DNA of 64,000 nt from the human T2T-CHM13v2.0 reference genome, Homo sapiens: assembly GCF_009914755.1 (NCBI RefSeq), contig NC_060929.1; one strand, written 5' to 3'. Position 1 is the stretch's first letter. Every line of letters begins with the position of its first letter. Below the pieces are notes generated by a model. That model did not search any database and had not been told where the DNA came from. It saw nothing but the letters and a program-made list of their open reading frames with translations. Positions 20,184 to 38,865 of the stretch are shown in pieces. The position numbers and the translations under genes were made by a program.

Positions 20184-20248
20184 TCTTTATGCTTTTTCCT
20201 TTTGACCTCACTTGATGAGTCATCGGAATCTTCACTGCTAGAGGAATC
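20184..20248 (-). CDS. CHD1: CHD1 exon 5 (65 nt; DSSSSEDSDDSSSEVKRKKHK)
   Basis: tacag|GAT...AGA|gtatgt. Confidence 0.95.
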
Positions 20249-21048
20249 CTGTAGAAAAGAAATAAAGTCAGTATCATCCACTAATGATTAGAATTTAACC
20301 ATATTAAATTTTTATTTGCTATACTATTTAACATTCACTTTACAAATAACAGCACTTGTGAAGCCTTTTTTCAATGTAGTTTTATTTATGTTAACTAGCT
20401 GAAAGTAATAACATTTTTATTGCAAATTAATATAGCCAGTGAAATTAAGTAAATAGCAAAATGTCAGCACTTTGTATGAAACCTTAAAATCTACCCTCAC
20501 TGGAGACCATTATTGTTGCCTAGTATAGCCAAAACAAGAAATCCTAGGTGCCAACATGCCAAATTTTGAATTTTTTCTTCACCATTACTTTTTGTTATAA
20601 TTTTTCCTGAATGTTTTTGTGCAAACATACATGTATGCATGCTTGCACACACACACAAACTACATTGTGTATAGTGGCCATCTACTCTTTCAAAAATATT
20701 ATGTTGAGATTTCTGTTATTATTTCGTACAAATATGATTTAATGATATAATATTCCTTCATTCATACATGTATATGCGTGTAGGTGCATATCACATTTAA
20801 TTATTTCCCACAGAGTTCACATTTAGTTTATTTCTAATTTTGCTGTAATGAGCAAATGCACACAAATGTCCCACTGCTTATTTTGGATTAATCCCTAAAA
20901 TTGGAATTACTGGATAATGCAAAATCTGTATTTCAAGATTCTTGATATATACACTTAAAGTATTTCCTACTTATTCTTTCAAAGCACTTATTATTTTTAA
21001 TAATTTCACAAATACTAGTTAACTGATTCAGCAGCATGTCCACTTTTA

Positions 21049-21192
<144 letters not shown>

Positions 21193-21760
21193 CTATAATA
21201 GAAATATAAACCAGTGAATGAAGAAGTATTAAGAAAACTGCAAAAAAAGGTTAATTTATTGAAAAACTATACCACCATCTTTACTGCCTCAAAGTAATAA
21301 AGACTATATTCCTTACCTATATGTAACACAATTATCATTGCAATATAGTTAAATAAAATGCTGAGCTCTAGTTATGTATAAAAAAAAATGGTGTGTTGAG
21401 TTCCACAGACAATATTAATCAATATCCTCTTGATGCTAAGAGTATTATTTGTATTAGTGCTACTCATAGTGTGGTTACCTATTTTATCAGTGTGAGGTGA
21501 AGAGGCTGAGTCAGAATATACGTCAACGATGTCACTAGGCACATTGTTTTAGCTCAGATTTGAGCGGGGGGCCGGTAGCAACATTTTTCTCTATGAAGGA
21601 ATCTGTGTGTCGATTTATATTCTGGCCCTCAAGCATCTTATCTCATCACAGACTGGTACTCTGAGTAACACTGTATACTACCACGAAGTATAGACAAGTT
21701 TTTGTATCTCTTGTAGTTTTTTCCAAACAGAATAGCCCCTTACCCTATTCCATCATTATC

Positions 21761-21924
21761 TTTGAGGAATCTGAGTTCCATTAAATTATTCTGCTAGTAG
21801 CAATAAAGTATCTCCTTTGAAGCTCTTGAAAGTAGAGATCATAACACGGTAAGGTTAACAAGTAGACCTCACAATGTCTTAAATTTGTATCTATGACACA
21901 ATGGATATTTATGAAACTCAATTT
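21761..21924 (+). repeat. Direct repeat copy A (~164 bp)
   Basis: Near-identical to 24053-24215. Confidence 0.95.
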
Positions 21925-22153
21925 CTGCCTAAGAGGCAGAAAACGTTTTATTTGCCTGTGTGTAATTTACACTTTGTGTTTTCTAGTTCGAAAATGCATC
22001 TATTCCAAGCCAATTAGTCCACAGGTGTACCACCATGAATGTGAGAATCACTAAAAGTAAATTTTAATTTAAAATGTTGTCTTCTCTAAAAGCTAGATTA
22101 AGAATGGTATAAACCAATCCTCTAAATTTTCCCAAAGTAATACAAGCAATCTA

Positions 22154-22405
<252 letters not shown>

Positions 22406-24052
22406 TCAAACAAAATTCATTAGGAATTTAATTTTTCTTAGACGTCAGCAGAAAGCCCCAAATCATTAAATTTTACTTCATACTTAATATTTCAACTATC
22501 TTTGGCCAAAAAAAAGAAAAAGGAATTGATTTAATCTATAGTAACAACTGCCATAGTTGATAATTTATTTATACGTGATAGATTATTACATACTTGATAG
22601 ATTTATGACATATTTTATAGATTTTTATGGCTAAAACATAAGCAATAAGATTGTAATCTTCTTCTAAGACAATATGCAAAATCTACTAAGTACAAAATCC
22701 TGGGTTAGAAACTTTGAGAAGTCAAGAAGTTGAAGGCATGGTACCTACCTTTATAAAGCTCTAGCAATAATAAAGTAAGAAATGTGTGAAGAAAAGATTA
22801 AATGTGTTAAAAAAAATTCTTACAGTAACAGGCAGAAATTTATTTGTAGTTTCTGCTTGTTTTCAAGTTTCCATCTCTATCACTCCAGGAGAACATAATT
22901 TATTATAACCGAGCTATGATAAAATATAATTTATTTTAAAAAATCAGTAACACTGCTTGTCTGAGAAAATCACTTATTAATAAGTTCTTTGTGGATCTGT
23001 AGCAATAAATCTGAAATAGCAAATTCTCATATTTCCTAACGTGTATACACACACATAAAAAAGCAATTGACATTTCATAAACTATCCTTTTTTCCATTTC
23101 TAATTTTTAGTCCAAGATAGAGCAGAAATAGTCTGGACTAAACAGTTGATTATATAATTATCCCCAAGGTCATTTGTTTATATGTTGAAAACTAGGGCAT
23201 TAAATTTCTGGTACATATGGTTGACTCCGCTTTTGATGTAATTTCATTTGGCTTTATGAGAAACCACAGGTAATACAGTTTACAGATATACAAGAAAATA
23301 CAAGTTTCCTGTCCTCTTCTGTAATTTTCTAAAATGCCACCAGATGGAGGTATTACTCTAAGACAACACAGTAATTCTCTTTTTCCAGAGCAAGAATTTA
23401 GTAATTTCTGCATGAGAACAGAGAAATAAAAGTTTGCAGGAAGAATTTTGATTCTACAGGTGAGATATATAAATGCTTAAAGTATGAATAAGCATTGTTG
23501 TGTTTTTCAATCTAATGGAATAAATGTTGTATTCATAGAAACAGTAAATTAAAATTTGCTTCTTAAAGGCATATGCTATGAAGATCATTTTTGCCATCAT
23601 GTCTCCTCTCTGGTCACATAGTTTAGAGGTCCAAAAACAGCATATTAAATTTTAATTTTTAAGGCCATATTTTACTTGCATACCTTGCGAGAAATTTTAG
23701 CAAGGATATTAAAAGATTTTTTTTCCTGACATACAACTTTATTTTTCCCTTAACATAATAGGTAAGCAAAATATTTCATTTATTCAATAAACTTTATTGA
23801 GAACTATCATGTGTTAGGCACTGGGGACAGACTGAGATGAGATGAAGTCTTTATCATCAAAAGAACTATTTAACCTCGAGACAGTCATATAAATGAATAA
23901 ATATCCTTCTTTGCTATGTTTAAGACAACTGATTCCCATGTATGGGGAGCACTAAAGATATAACCAAGTTTGGTACAGTAGTCAGAAAACACTTAGAAGA
24001 AAGTGCTGTTAAATGAATTCTTCAGCAAAGAAATAAAAGAGTATCTCTTTCT

Positions 24053-24215
24053 TTTGAGGAATGTGAGTTCTATTAAATTATTCTGCTAGTAGCAATAAAG
24101 TATCTCCTCTGAAGATCTTGAAAGTAGAGATCATACACAGTAAGGTTAACAAGTAGACCTCATGATGTCTTAAATTTGTATCTATGACACAATGGATATT
24201 TATGAAACTCAATTT
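24053..24215 (+). repeat. Direct repeat copy B (~163 bp)
   Basis: Near-identical to 21761-21924. Confidence 0.95.
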
Positions 24216-24481
24216 TTTTCCAGAATACCTAGCAGAGTGCCTCACACAGATGGGTGCTCAATAAATATGTGAACAGTAGACAGATGAATGATTAAATTGT
24301 GGGGGCTATTGTGGGCCTGTAATTCTCATTAGTCATTAGTCATTCCAGATGCATAGCTAGTAAAAACTGCTTGTTAACAAATCAAAATTCTTAAATGAAT
24401 ACAGAAATCTTTCCTTTCATATTCTTTAGGCAGTAGTACTGGCTGGAGATAAAAGCAACAGCCCGAGGCTATGCTACTCTA

Positions 24482-24891
<410 letters not shown>

Positions 24892-26559
24892 GCAAAAAGA
24901 GTAAGGAATATCTTATTTACTGCTATAGAATGATCTAAGATACAGTTTAAGTGAAAAAAAGATACCAAATGTTTATAGAATGTTTCTTTTGCATAAGAAA
25001 GAAAAATATTTATATATATTTGCTTGTATTTTTTGAAAAGCAACAATGGCAGAATAACCCAACTAATTTGAAAATGATGGCCTAAAGAGAGGGAGGGAAG
25101 AGTAGAAGGAACAGCAATTGAAATGAGTCTTCAGTTTTAGAATTACGTAAATGTTTTACATGATTTTTTTAAAAAGAGATTTTTAAAAATGAAAGAAAAA
25201 TATACATGGGGCCAGAAAAAAAATTAGACTTAAAACTTTGAGCTAAAATAGGTGAAAAGCCTCTCCCTAATAAAGTAATTTTATTTCCACCTACTGCTGC
25301 AAATGCTCTTTCTAAAATAAAAAGCTGATGGTGGCCTTTCTTTTTTGTCTTCTGTTCTATAACAAAGTTCAACAAACATCTATGAGACCTTTCAGGATCT
25401 CTCTCTAATTCTCCAATCTATTTTCAACTAGTTGCTCACTTAAATCCCTAAGTTCAAGCTATGGCAAGCTACATGTAATTCTCTAAAAGCCACTTACTCT
25501 TTCCACTTCCTGCCTTTGTACCATTCCTTCTCTTTTCTTTTTATTATGTAATTTTTTGAGTCCCACCTCACAGCTACTCCTCCAGCAAATCTCTGCCAAC
25601 TCTATCCCAACCCAACGTTAAATCAGGTTTACTTCCACAGCACTCCCAAAACTTCTGGAATATATACCTCTATCTTGGTTATGAGCAAACGATGTAATAA
25701 TCACTGTAGTTTTCAGGTACCCTACCTAAGACCTTATGTTCCTTGAGCGCTGGGATTGCTTTTTGCTGCTCTTATGTCAAGCATTAAATGAAGAGTACAA
25801 TGTTTCATGGATAGATGAATAAATAAGTAAATCAAAGAGATATAGGGGACACAGTTTTACATATTTTATGTAAAACTCACAAATTTGGCTATTAAATCTC
25901 TGATCTCCAATTAATATTTTATTTTAGGTAATAACCAGTATTACTAATCTTTTATAAAACTGAAATATCTGTACAACACTTGAATTATCCTTAAAGTGTA
26001 TTAAATCTCACCAGCACAACAGTATTAAAGTGGTAGGTAGATTGCTAAAAACACTGAATTCTTAATTCAGATAATACACCCACGGAATAAATAAATAAAT
26101 AAATAAACCCATTGAATTCTTTTCCTCAATTCACGAAAGAAAAACCACCATTAATAGGTACTGTGATAAAATTATAGTGTTTTCTTAGGGTAAATTAAGG
26201 AGAAATACCACATTTAAAAGATAAAATAGTAATTCAAATTAAAGTGTCTTTTCAAGTTTAATATACAATTTCAAATATAAACTGAGCAATATGATGAATT
26301 ATCATGAATCTATCACCCAGCTCCACAATTAGCAACTCATACCAATCTTGATTCAACTAAGAAACTATTTGTAAACATTTGCAATACCAATATCTCTTAA
26401 AAGATCACTTCGTTAATATTAAAGATATTTAATATTATTAAACATTAAATTAAGTACACTGAATATTAAATATCCAATCAGGCTATCCCTTTAGTCTCAT
26501 AATTGTTTCTTCCACTCTTCTGCTTTCCAGATTTTGCTAAGCGCACCCTTGTGTTATCA

Positions 26560-27450
26560 TTTAACATATTTTTCTATCCCTTGTATTTCTTATAAACTGG
26601 CTATTATATCTAGAGGCTTGATCAGATTCAAATTCAGTTCTTCTTGACAAGAATAGTTTATACGTGGTGTTGTGGACTTCTACCAGATGGCATTTAATGT
26701 TTTGTTGTTTTCTTTTGTGTGAGATTTAGTATAAATCTGTGGATTCAGGTACTGCCAGCCTTATCCATCCATTATAAAGCTCCCCATCACTTCATACCTA
26801 GCATTTTTAGCAGCCACTGATGATGACATGTCTTCCTCCATTAATAAGAGGCAGTAAAATGGTGACATCATTCATCAGTTACCCAAAACATCTTTTCTTC
26901 ATTACACTTCTGTAAAGAGAAACTTTCCCTCATCATATTTGTTAACTCTGAGGTATAGTTCATGAAGAAAAGGGGTTTTATTTCTTTTCCTTATTTACCA
27001 GTTTTCAAAATGAGTTAAATCGCCAGCATCCTTCAAAGTAGACCAATAATTTTTTAAGTCCCATTATGAACTCATGGATTTGAACTTATTTTATAAATTT
27101 TAATCTACTGTCAGCATCCTTGTTGATTTCCAAACTCTCCCATCTTTTTCCAACAGGAAACCCTTTATTAGCTCTTAAGTCCTTCTGACAAGACCTGAAG
27201 TAGTCTTTGATAACCTGCCTATCTTTCTAGTATGACAGGATGTACCAGGCTCATCTTGCGTATTTCTTGCCTGAGGCTATAACCCAGCCATTTTATCAAA
27301 AAGCCCTTCTATTTATAATAAATTAGAAACTAAGTTGCAATCTAAGTACTAGGTGAACCTATTACTACTGGACTGGTTGCCTTATTTAGGATGTTTCAAT
27401 GGAATGAGCTAGGATGTGTGTATTTTTAGAGAAACTACATTAAGAATTCA
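26560..27450 (-). mobile_element. Old L1 (L1MC-like) 3' region
   Basis: Reverse complement resembles the L1M segments near 28280 and 37190. Confidence 0.6.
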
Positions 27451-28269
27451 TGTAATTCAAATTCAAAACTGCAAGCTTTTTACTTCCATTGTATGTTCAT
27501 GTCATCACTCGGGTTGAGTTGGTTGCAAATGGCACTATTTATTTGCTTTATTTCAATTTTAATAGTTTCAAAATAATACCATTATCATAAACAATATGAT
27601 TATTAAAGTTAAGATGACTATGCAATTCTTTTTGTTTTCAGGAATACTCACTTCTACAGTCAAATAACTGCTATAAAGTCAGGTAAAATAATTTATCTCT
27701 GTGTGACCACCAATTTGGCACAGTTAGGACCATCTGCTTTTTTAAATAGAGACTGCTTTCTTACTAATTTTGATTTTATGTTGCTTTATTTACTTGGATC
27801 CAACTTCGGAGCTACAGAACAAGCTATGGTCAGAAGTTCAGCTTCCATTCTTGACTCCTCTACACTATGTCCTCTCTTCCCCTATAGTAACCATTCAAAA
27901 ATTTTTTATTTTCCCCTTTTTTAACATGAGCAAATTACGAATAAGAATGTTTATATTCCCCTTTCACAAATAATCATTAACATATTTTACACTCTTAAAT
28001 AAATGGTAGCAGATTATATACACATTATATCCTGGAGATCATTCTGCAGTAGTGGACATATTATTCTTTGTGAAACTGCATATACTCCATTTTGTAGATG
28101 CACCATCGTTTCATGTGCCTCAAGGATGTACATGTTGTTTTCAGTTCTCTGATTCTACAAATAGTGATACAAAAAAAAATGGCCCTCTGCAGATATCTTT
28201 TTTATTTATGACAGTGTGTATTTTGATGTGCTATTTATCAACCAATGTAAACTCATCCTCTCTGAAGTT

Positions 28270-28424
28270 TTAAATTTACAATCACCTAGCACCTAGATCC
28301 TGACTTCTAAATACTACTGCACACTTAAATAAACTACAGCTCCTTTGAGAAATGGCAGGCTCTAAGGCTGCAATAGGGAAGATACAAGATGAGTCTAACA
28401 ACCTTCCTGTGCTAAAATGAAAAA

Positions 28425-28484
<60 letters not shown>

Positions 28485-29470
28485 GCATGTCAAAAAGGAC
28501 AGAGGAAAAACAAAAGGACATGAGAGCCCACTTGAAGGGGCTTCCATTGACCAAATCTGATTTGAGCATAAAAATAAAGACAGTTAAGGATCACTGCTCA
28601 GTAAATAAAACAGGAACCCTTGAGTCTGTGCTGATGACAGAAACAGACACACAGAGGAGGGCTCTGATAGAGCTCTGAATGTCAACTGGTAAGGGTATTA
28701 GTCTTAGAAAACCATAATTATGCAATCATCACAGAAAATGCTGGTTTGGGCAAAAAATCATCAATGGATACTACATCTAGGGGAAGTCTGCTGAGTAGGA
28801 TAATTTACATAGACTCAAAGTGTCTTCTCACAAATTGCTTCTTAGCTGTAACAGATGAATTAGAAATCACAGTGGAGAAACCGGACACCATGTCCTGGTG
28901 ATTGAATGTAGCATCACTAATAGGGACAGACAAACAATGTGAGCTCCAGCTGTGAAACACTTTAGAAGATATATCATTACCAACACGGTTCTCCAGCCTG
29001 GTACGCAGAGTAAGGAATGCATAACTTGGATCTAATGATAAGTGAATACCAGAAAAACCCAAATTGAGAAATATATTCTATAAAATAACTAGCTTATAGT
29101 CTTTCAAAATGCCAATGTCATGAAAGACAAAGAAAGAGGAACTGTCCAGAATGAAGGAGATTAAAGAGATACGACAGTCAAATGCAATATGTAATCTCTG
29201 TACGGAAAGATGATTGACCAAACTGGAATGCAGACTGAGAATTTAAGTACTCTTAAATCAGTGTAAATTTTCCTGAACTTAATAAACAATATAGGCCTTG
29301 AGTAAAAGAATACTTTTTTTATTCTAAAATACATACTGACTGTTACAGAGAATGGTCTAAAAGAAAAAAAAATTAAAAAATATATACTGAAGTGTAAGAG
29401 GTGTGATTTCTGCAACCTACTATATCACAAGTTTTCTTTATTAACATCCAAGATTGTGAAATCTTCTTTG
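28270..29470 (+). mobile_element. Old L1 (L1MC-like) 3' region
   Basis: cctagcacctagatcc...gagaaatggcagg...atgaaagacaaagaaag. Confidence 0.7.
28433..28481. repeat. Long (TA)n microsatellite after an A run
   Basis: Direct reading, about 24 units. Confidence 0.95.
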
Positions 29471-29691
29471 CAGGTAGTGAAAATGTACAATGATGGAAAA
29501 ATTTAAAAGCCACAGAAGTGAACATAACAGGCAAGTAAACATTCAATTTATGAAAAATGAAAATACAATTATCTAATGTATAATGTGTCAATAAATTGGC
29601 CAAACTAGGCCAACAGAAATAAAATAACTTAACAAAACTTTTTAAAAAAATCCGAAAAGATAAAAATGAACATTAAAGAAGGCAAATGTCA

Positions 29692-30000
29692 AACTGGGCA
29701 CGGTGGCTCACACCTATAACCCAGCACTTTGTGGGAGGATGAAGCAGGTGGATCATTTGAGGCCAGGAGTTCAAGACGAGCCTGCCCAACATGGTGAGAC
29801 CCCATCTCTACTAAAAATACAAAAATTAGCCAGGTGTGGTGGCACATGCTCGTGTTCCCAGCTACTCAGGAGGCTGAGGCACGGGAATCACTAGAACCCA
29901 GGAGGCAGAGGTTGCAGTGAGCCAAGATTGAGCCATGGTACTCCATCCCGAGCGACAAGGCAAGACTCTGTCTCAAAAAAATAAAATAAAATAAAATAAA
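29692..30000 (+). mobile_element. AluS-like
   Basis: Dimer with (TAAAA)n tail. Confidence 0.9.
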
Positions 30001-30493
30001 GAAAGCAAAGTCAAATGTATACAAAAGTCACCTCGGCAAGTGCTAGTAGCACTAGAGAAGAGACTGTTTACGTGTATTTAAACATTATACGTAAATTAGA
30101 CAGCTTATACCAAAGCCTTAGATCTGTTATTTATTTTCAATTATATAACATATACATTTATTTACTTCTGTCCTTAGCACATAAAGATTTTCTTTCTTGT
30201 ACATATAATTTCCCTACTTTTTCTTTCCTTTATTTTTAACCTGTTAACAGTGATTAGCTGAATTAGATTCCAGTTGGGGGTGCTGGGGAAACCCTGATAG
30301 AAGGTAAACTAATTTTCCACAGAATTATAATGGAGGATTGTGTGCTTGACAAAGAGAGCTATAAATAAACAAATCAAAGAATTTTATTTACTAAAGAATA
30401 CAGGATAGTGTACTAAATTCTCATCCTATGCCTCTTGTTCCCTTCCACCTATAGCTACTGCTTAAGTGTCAATGTCATTCGAAAGAGCTTCTT

Positions 30494-30785
30494 GCTAGGC
30501 ATGGTGGCTCACACCTGTAATCCCAACACTTTGGAAAGCTGAGGCGGGAAGATCACTTGAGGCCAGGAGTTTGAGATCAGCCTGGACAACATAATGAGAT
30601 CCCATCTCTACAAAAAAAATATATAAACTTAGCTGGGGGAGGTGGCATATGCCTTCAGTCCTAGCTACTCGGGAGGCTGAGGGAGGAGGATCCCTTAAAC
30701 CCAGGGGTTCGAGGCTGCAATGAGCTATCAACTGTGCCACTGCACTATAGCCTGGACAAGAGCCAGACCCTAACTCTTAAAAAAA
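30494..30785 (+). mobile_element. AluJ-like
   Basis: Diverged dimer. Confidence 0.88.
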
Positions 30786-31254
30786 GGGGAGGCAGCCTTC
30801 TTTTAGGGAATTCTTGAAAGAATTTTTGGACGCACACTTCCCCCATAGGGTAAATTTGGGACTAACTTGATGTTCTGAAGTTCAACCATAAATTATTTTC
30901 CCCTAGCTCTCTAGCCCTTTCTTCTCCTTCTAGTTGTATTTATATCTGTACACTGGTTAGATGAGCCTCAGGTTTCTGCCACATAGAACTAATTATTTAA
31001 TTATTTAATAAAAAAAGGAAAAGATGTTATTAGTTGGTGCTATGTGCCAGATATTAGGTTCTTATTTAATCCTTTTATTTTCATAATACAAATACATTCA
31101 AGCTCAGAGAAGGCTGTGTAAACAAATGCCAACACTGTAATAACAAGTGTACAAGTTACGAATATATATGGAGAACTGAAAGGAAGTTCAGAAAAAAGCC
31201 ACTCATTTCTTATGATGAGAGTAGTAGTTTTTTTTTTAAAAAATTCCTTAATGT

Positions 31255-31690
31255 TTGTGGCAGAAAATGTGCCCCTCCCTATCCACCCAGTATCTATTTT
31301 GTTTGTCCTCTAGTAAAACAACCATCCCCCCAGTTTAGGTTGACACATGCCCACCCAGCTAAAGATTACCTTTCTCAGCATCTTCTACAGCTCAGTGTAG
31401 TCATGTGAGTAGGTTCTGGCCAATGAGATACAACTAGAAGTGATGGTGATGTGTGATTTCTACATCACAGCCTTAAAAATGAAGTGGCTTGCCTTAAATC
31501 CTCCCCCTTTGCATCTTCTCCCTGCTAGCTGAAAAGGGCAACCACTAGTATTGGAAGCCATACATTAAGAAGAGTAAGGCTGTCCAAAGGTTTGAACTCC
31601 CTTACCTAGGAGTGAAAGAGAAGTAGTTATATTTAAGCCCCTGTGTTTTTAGTTCTCTAATATAGTACCCTGTTTCTCTAGCTAACACAC
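31255..31690. mobile_element. Old ERVL/MaLR-type solo LTR
   Basis: tgtggcag start; catgtgagtaggttctggccaatgagat...agaagtg motif. Confidence 0.6.
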
Positions 31691-33214
31691 TGTACTAACA
31701 TTTGTGAAATAAACATTTTGGAAAGAACAGGTTTTATACATACACAATTTTAACTCACTTGCTCATCTCTTCAACTAATGAGTACTGAGCTAGAGTTTCT
31801 ATTGGGAACAAAATGCCATAGAAAAAAAAAATACCTTATGTGAAAGTAAAAAGATAAAATACAACTGGTCCGATTCCTGACTGAGGAACTGGAAATGGGG
31901 GAAATGCAATTACATGTATGGTTTTATAGGGAGTGATTTCAGAATTCAGCAACGGTATCTTTCTCCATACTTTTCCCTCTGTCTGGAGAATGCTTTCTCT
32001 CCAAAGCAATCAATAAAACTTTTCACTCTTCAAGACTATTAAAAAATAAGACTATTCAAAACTATGTCCTTTAGGTAGCCATTCCCTGGTTTCCCCAGGC
32101 ACAGATCATTGCCCTAGCTCATGTTCCCACAATACTTTGCTCATGTTACTAATAATTCCTTCACAGTATTACAATTATTTTTATACATATATCTCTCCTA
32201 ACTAGGTCTTGAAGATCATTAAGTCAGGACCTTTATTTTAGTTATTTTATAGACCACTGTCCACTTTAGCATGACTGTAGAAAGAATCTGGAAAGTAGTA
32301 GGTAATGACTGAATGCTAAACATTAACAACAACAACAAAAAAACAATTAGTGGCCAAAGTCAAGCAACGGCTTTCAAACTTTTTGGACCATGACCTATAT
32401 AATACATTTTACATCATGATGAAGTATACACACACATAAATACAAAGTTTGATGAAATAGTACAAATAAAAACTATAAAAGGTTTCAGAAAACCTGGAAA
32501 ACATCTTCTCATTTGTACAACTCTGAAAACCAGGTAGTTCCACTGCTTTGTTAAGCACTGACCAGCAAAACAACAGTTCCTTTCAGCATTCTAAACTATC
32601 AATCCAAGACAAAACTGTATTATAAACTCTGCTTAAAGTACAATATGATTCTATCTCCTTAAAGTTTCTAACTGAAGAAATTTAAAACTGTTAAAAGTGG
32701 AGAGATACTAGGAAGAGTAACTTTTAACATGACTAATTTCAAAGATGATTACTTAGTTGTGTTGAACCCAGGATAAACTCAAAAGTAAATATTTTCTAGT
32801 AAGCAGAGAATGAGCAGATGAGAAATAAGGGCTATGGATATATACACTGAAAAGTCACTGAAAAATAGTTTCCTAACATACATCTAAAATTTATTATAGT
32901 ATCAATGACATGAATGAAAATCTCTAATTCTCTAATTTATAGTTACAACAACAAGGCAAACCTTAATGACTTTTTTCAGGCAGAAGTCTAACACATAGAG
33001 AAATTATGTTTCCAAAAAATCAAGTGAGGTGGGAGAGGGTAACAGGAGTTAAGAGATTAAATTAGATTGGGCTATGAAATAAAATATGTTGAAGCTATAT
33101 GGTGTGTACATGGGGCTCATTTTACTACTGTCAGTACTTTAATATAAACTTCAAATTATTCATAATAATATTTAAGTTAACGCAAATAATGCCTACATTT
33201 AAAAGTTCAATTTT

Positions 33215-33512
<298 letters not shown>

Positions 33513-33568
33513 AAAGTTCAATTTTAAAGAGATTATTGATATTTAGTTTGCTTTTTAAAAAAGGTTTT

Positions 33569-33874
<306 letters not shown>

Positions 33875-35143
33875 CGTTTAAAAATATTTATATGCTTTTA
33901 AATTACTTTAATGAATACTGCCACAAAAAAATGAAGTTACCAGCAATATGTAATTTTAAACAAAATTATTTGTTATGTGGCATTTCATCTGTCTGCATAT
34001 ACCTATGGGTGTGTACTGCACCTAAGAAAAAACTGCCTTTATTGTGAGTCATTTGGTTAAAAAATGTGAAATAAACAATGTAGTATGTACCAGATGCTAG
34101 GGTGGACAATGGGTTAATCCTTCACTATAAAATACATTCTAAAACTGGAATAGATAAAAGATGATTAGAAATTTTGGTACCCCTTATACAACTAATTCTG
34201 ATTCTTTTATTATAAATTTTCCTTTCATATCCATAACCTCTGCCTTTTACTAATGTAACTGAGGACTGAATCATTTAGAACTGTGAAAACAGTATTACAG
34301 AAGTAATAGTAATCAATCTCAAGCATAAAAACAAAAAGACTCCTTGTTTTAGGCTTGTAGGAATTTAGAATGTTACTTCACTCTTCTCCAATGGCCCCAT
34401 GCCTTGACATAAAAACTTTTGATCCTAGGACTCATTAGCTTTTACTAACATACTTTTCCTTAGTATAAAAATTAAATCACTCTGCTTTTTGCTTAAGCCT
34501 GTCTAAATGCCTTACCACCAAAGTCACATCACCAGGACATTTTTAACATACGTGAAATTTAAGATTATCATGGTTTTAAGCCCATCCCTCCAAAAACAAA
34601 GAAACAAAAAAAAAAAAAAAAAAAAAAAAAACAACCTCTTAATTAATATTGGGCTTGATACTTGTCCTTATGATCAAACTTCACTCCTACATTTGATTGG
34701 CCACAGATTTTAGTATCTCTCTGCATTTACAGTATCCACCTGACATATACATGTATTTTTGAAGACTTTTATCTCTTTCTTGATTATAAGCTTTAAAGGA
34801 ACTCAAATTTTAGAATCCCATGATATCTACCACGTAGTAGTTGCTCAATCATCTAAATAACTATCTGAAAACAAACACTTGTATTTCTGAAAGCAACAAC
34901 AGTGGAACTGAGAAATAGCTATTTGGAGTCATTCTCATTAAGAAAAGAGTACCCCGCTATTCTTGTGCCTTATGCCTCAGTTCTGAGAGATACTGTAGAC
35001 ACTGAATTCCAGAAGTCAGTACTGTTTGAATAGAACTTTGCACATCTCCAGCTTTGTCTCTACATATTTTAATCTCAATAACTTAGATCTCAATCTATCT
35101 ACACCAAAGAAACTTCTGAGTGCAATTTAACATTTAAAGTTGA

Positions 35144-35679
<536 letters not shown>

Positions 35680-35806
35680 AAAAACTTTTAACAATGAATA
35701 AACCTCAGGTAAAGAACTGCAAAGCTAGATGTCAAATACATTCTCCTTATTAGGGGACTTGCATACTTCTTTAATGGGGGACTATGACTTCCATAAACAT
35801 CTTCCT

Positions 35807-36100
35807 GAGCCGGGCGCGGGAGCTCACACCTGTAATCCCAGCACTTAGGGAGGCCAAGGCGGGCGGATCACGAGGTCAGGAGATCGAGACTATCCTGGCC
35901 AACATGGTGAAACCCCGTCTGTACGAAAAATACAAAAATTAGCTGGGCATGGTGACGTGTGCCTGTAATCACAGCTACTTGAGAGGCTGAGGCAGGAGAA
36001 TCACTTGTTGGAGGATGCAGTGAGCCAAGATCACACCACAGCACTCCAGCCTGGCAACATAGCAAGACTCTTCAAAAAAAAAAAAAAACAAAAAAAAAAA
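35807..36100 (+). mobile_element. AluSc-like with short right-arm deletion
   Basis: ggatcacgaggtcaggagatcgag. Confidence 0.9.
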
Positions 36101-36509
36101 CTTCCTCTCCAACACCCTTCTGAATATATATCATTTGTTCTTTCTTTTCAAACTACATTTCTCATCATTATGAAAATTACAAAAGTTAAAGCATGCTATG
36201 AAAACTTTCCAAATAGCTCATTAAATGACTCTAGTAATCTACCCTCCATTTTCTTTTTACCTCACTTGCATGCCCATTTGGCCCCACAAATTTGAATATA
36301 CTCAATTGCATATTTAAACTGGCTATTCCATTATCACCCCTAGATTATAATAATCTTTCTTGAAGTTAATGTATAACTTTACAACATGGCAAGATGCTGA
36401 ATGACTACAGGTGAATAGCTTCATATACATGCATATGAATTTAACATGAATACAATTCTCCTGGGAATCTTATTAAAATGGAAATTCTGGCTCAGTAGAT
36501 CTGGGACCT

Positions 36510-38392
<1,883 letters not shown>

Positions 38393-38737
38393 TGGCTATA
38401 AATCTTGTTTCCCCATCTGGAAAGTGGGAATCATAACAATGTATACATCACAGAAGTTTTGTGAGGATGAACTGTGACAATTCAAGTAATGCACAATGCC
38501 CTATGTGCATCATGCTAGGTTAAGGCACAGCAAGAGCTCAACAATCATCAGTTGCCATTGTTACTGCTTCCAGAGAAACGAAACTTACCTAGCCTCTTGC
38601 TAGTCCTGCTCAAGACACAATTAATTGGAGGTTCGCAGAGAATGAAAACCATGTATAACAACATCAATAACAAAGTGGCAAGATGCTATGACTCCAGATG
38701 AATAGCTTCATATAAATGTATATGAACTTAATACATA

Positions 38738-38865
38738 AGAATCACTTAGAATCTTGTTAAAATGAAGATTCTGATTCAGTACGTCTGGGGCGAGGCACAA
38801 GGTTCTACAGTTATAATAAGCTCCCAAATGATGCCAACACCGCTGGTCCACGGACCACAACTGGT
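38738..38865. mobile_element. MER5A
   Basis: ttaaaatgaagattctgattcagta.gtctgggg...aagctccc...gctggtccacggaccaca. Confidence 0.8.

Noticed and set aside
23678-23727. Possible micro cassette exon ending AAG|GTATGC
   Set aside because: Acceptor lacks a pyrimidine tract; no other support
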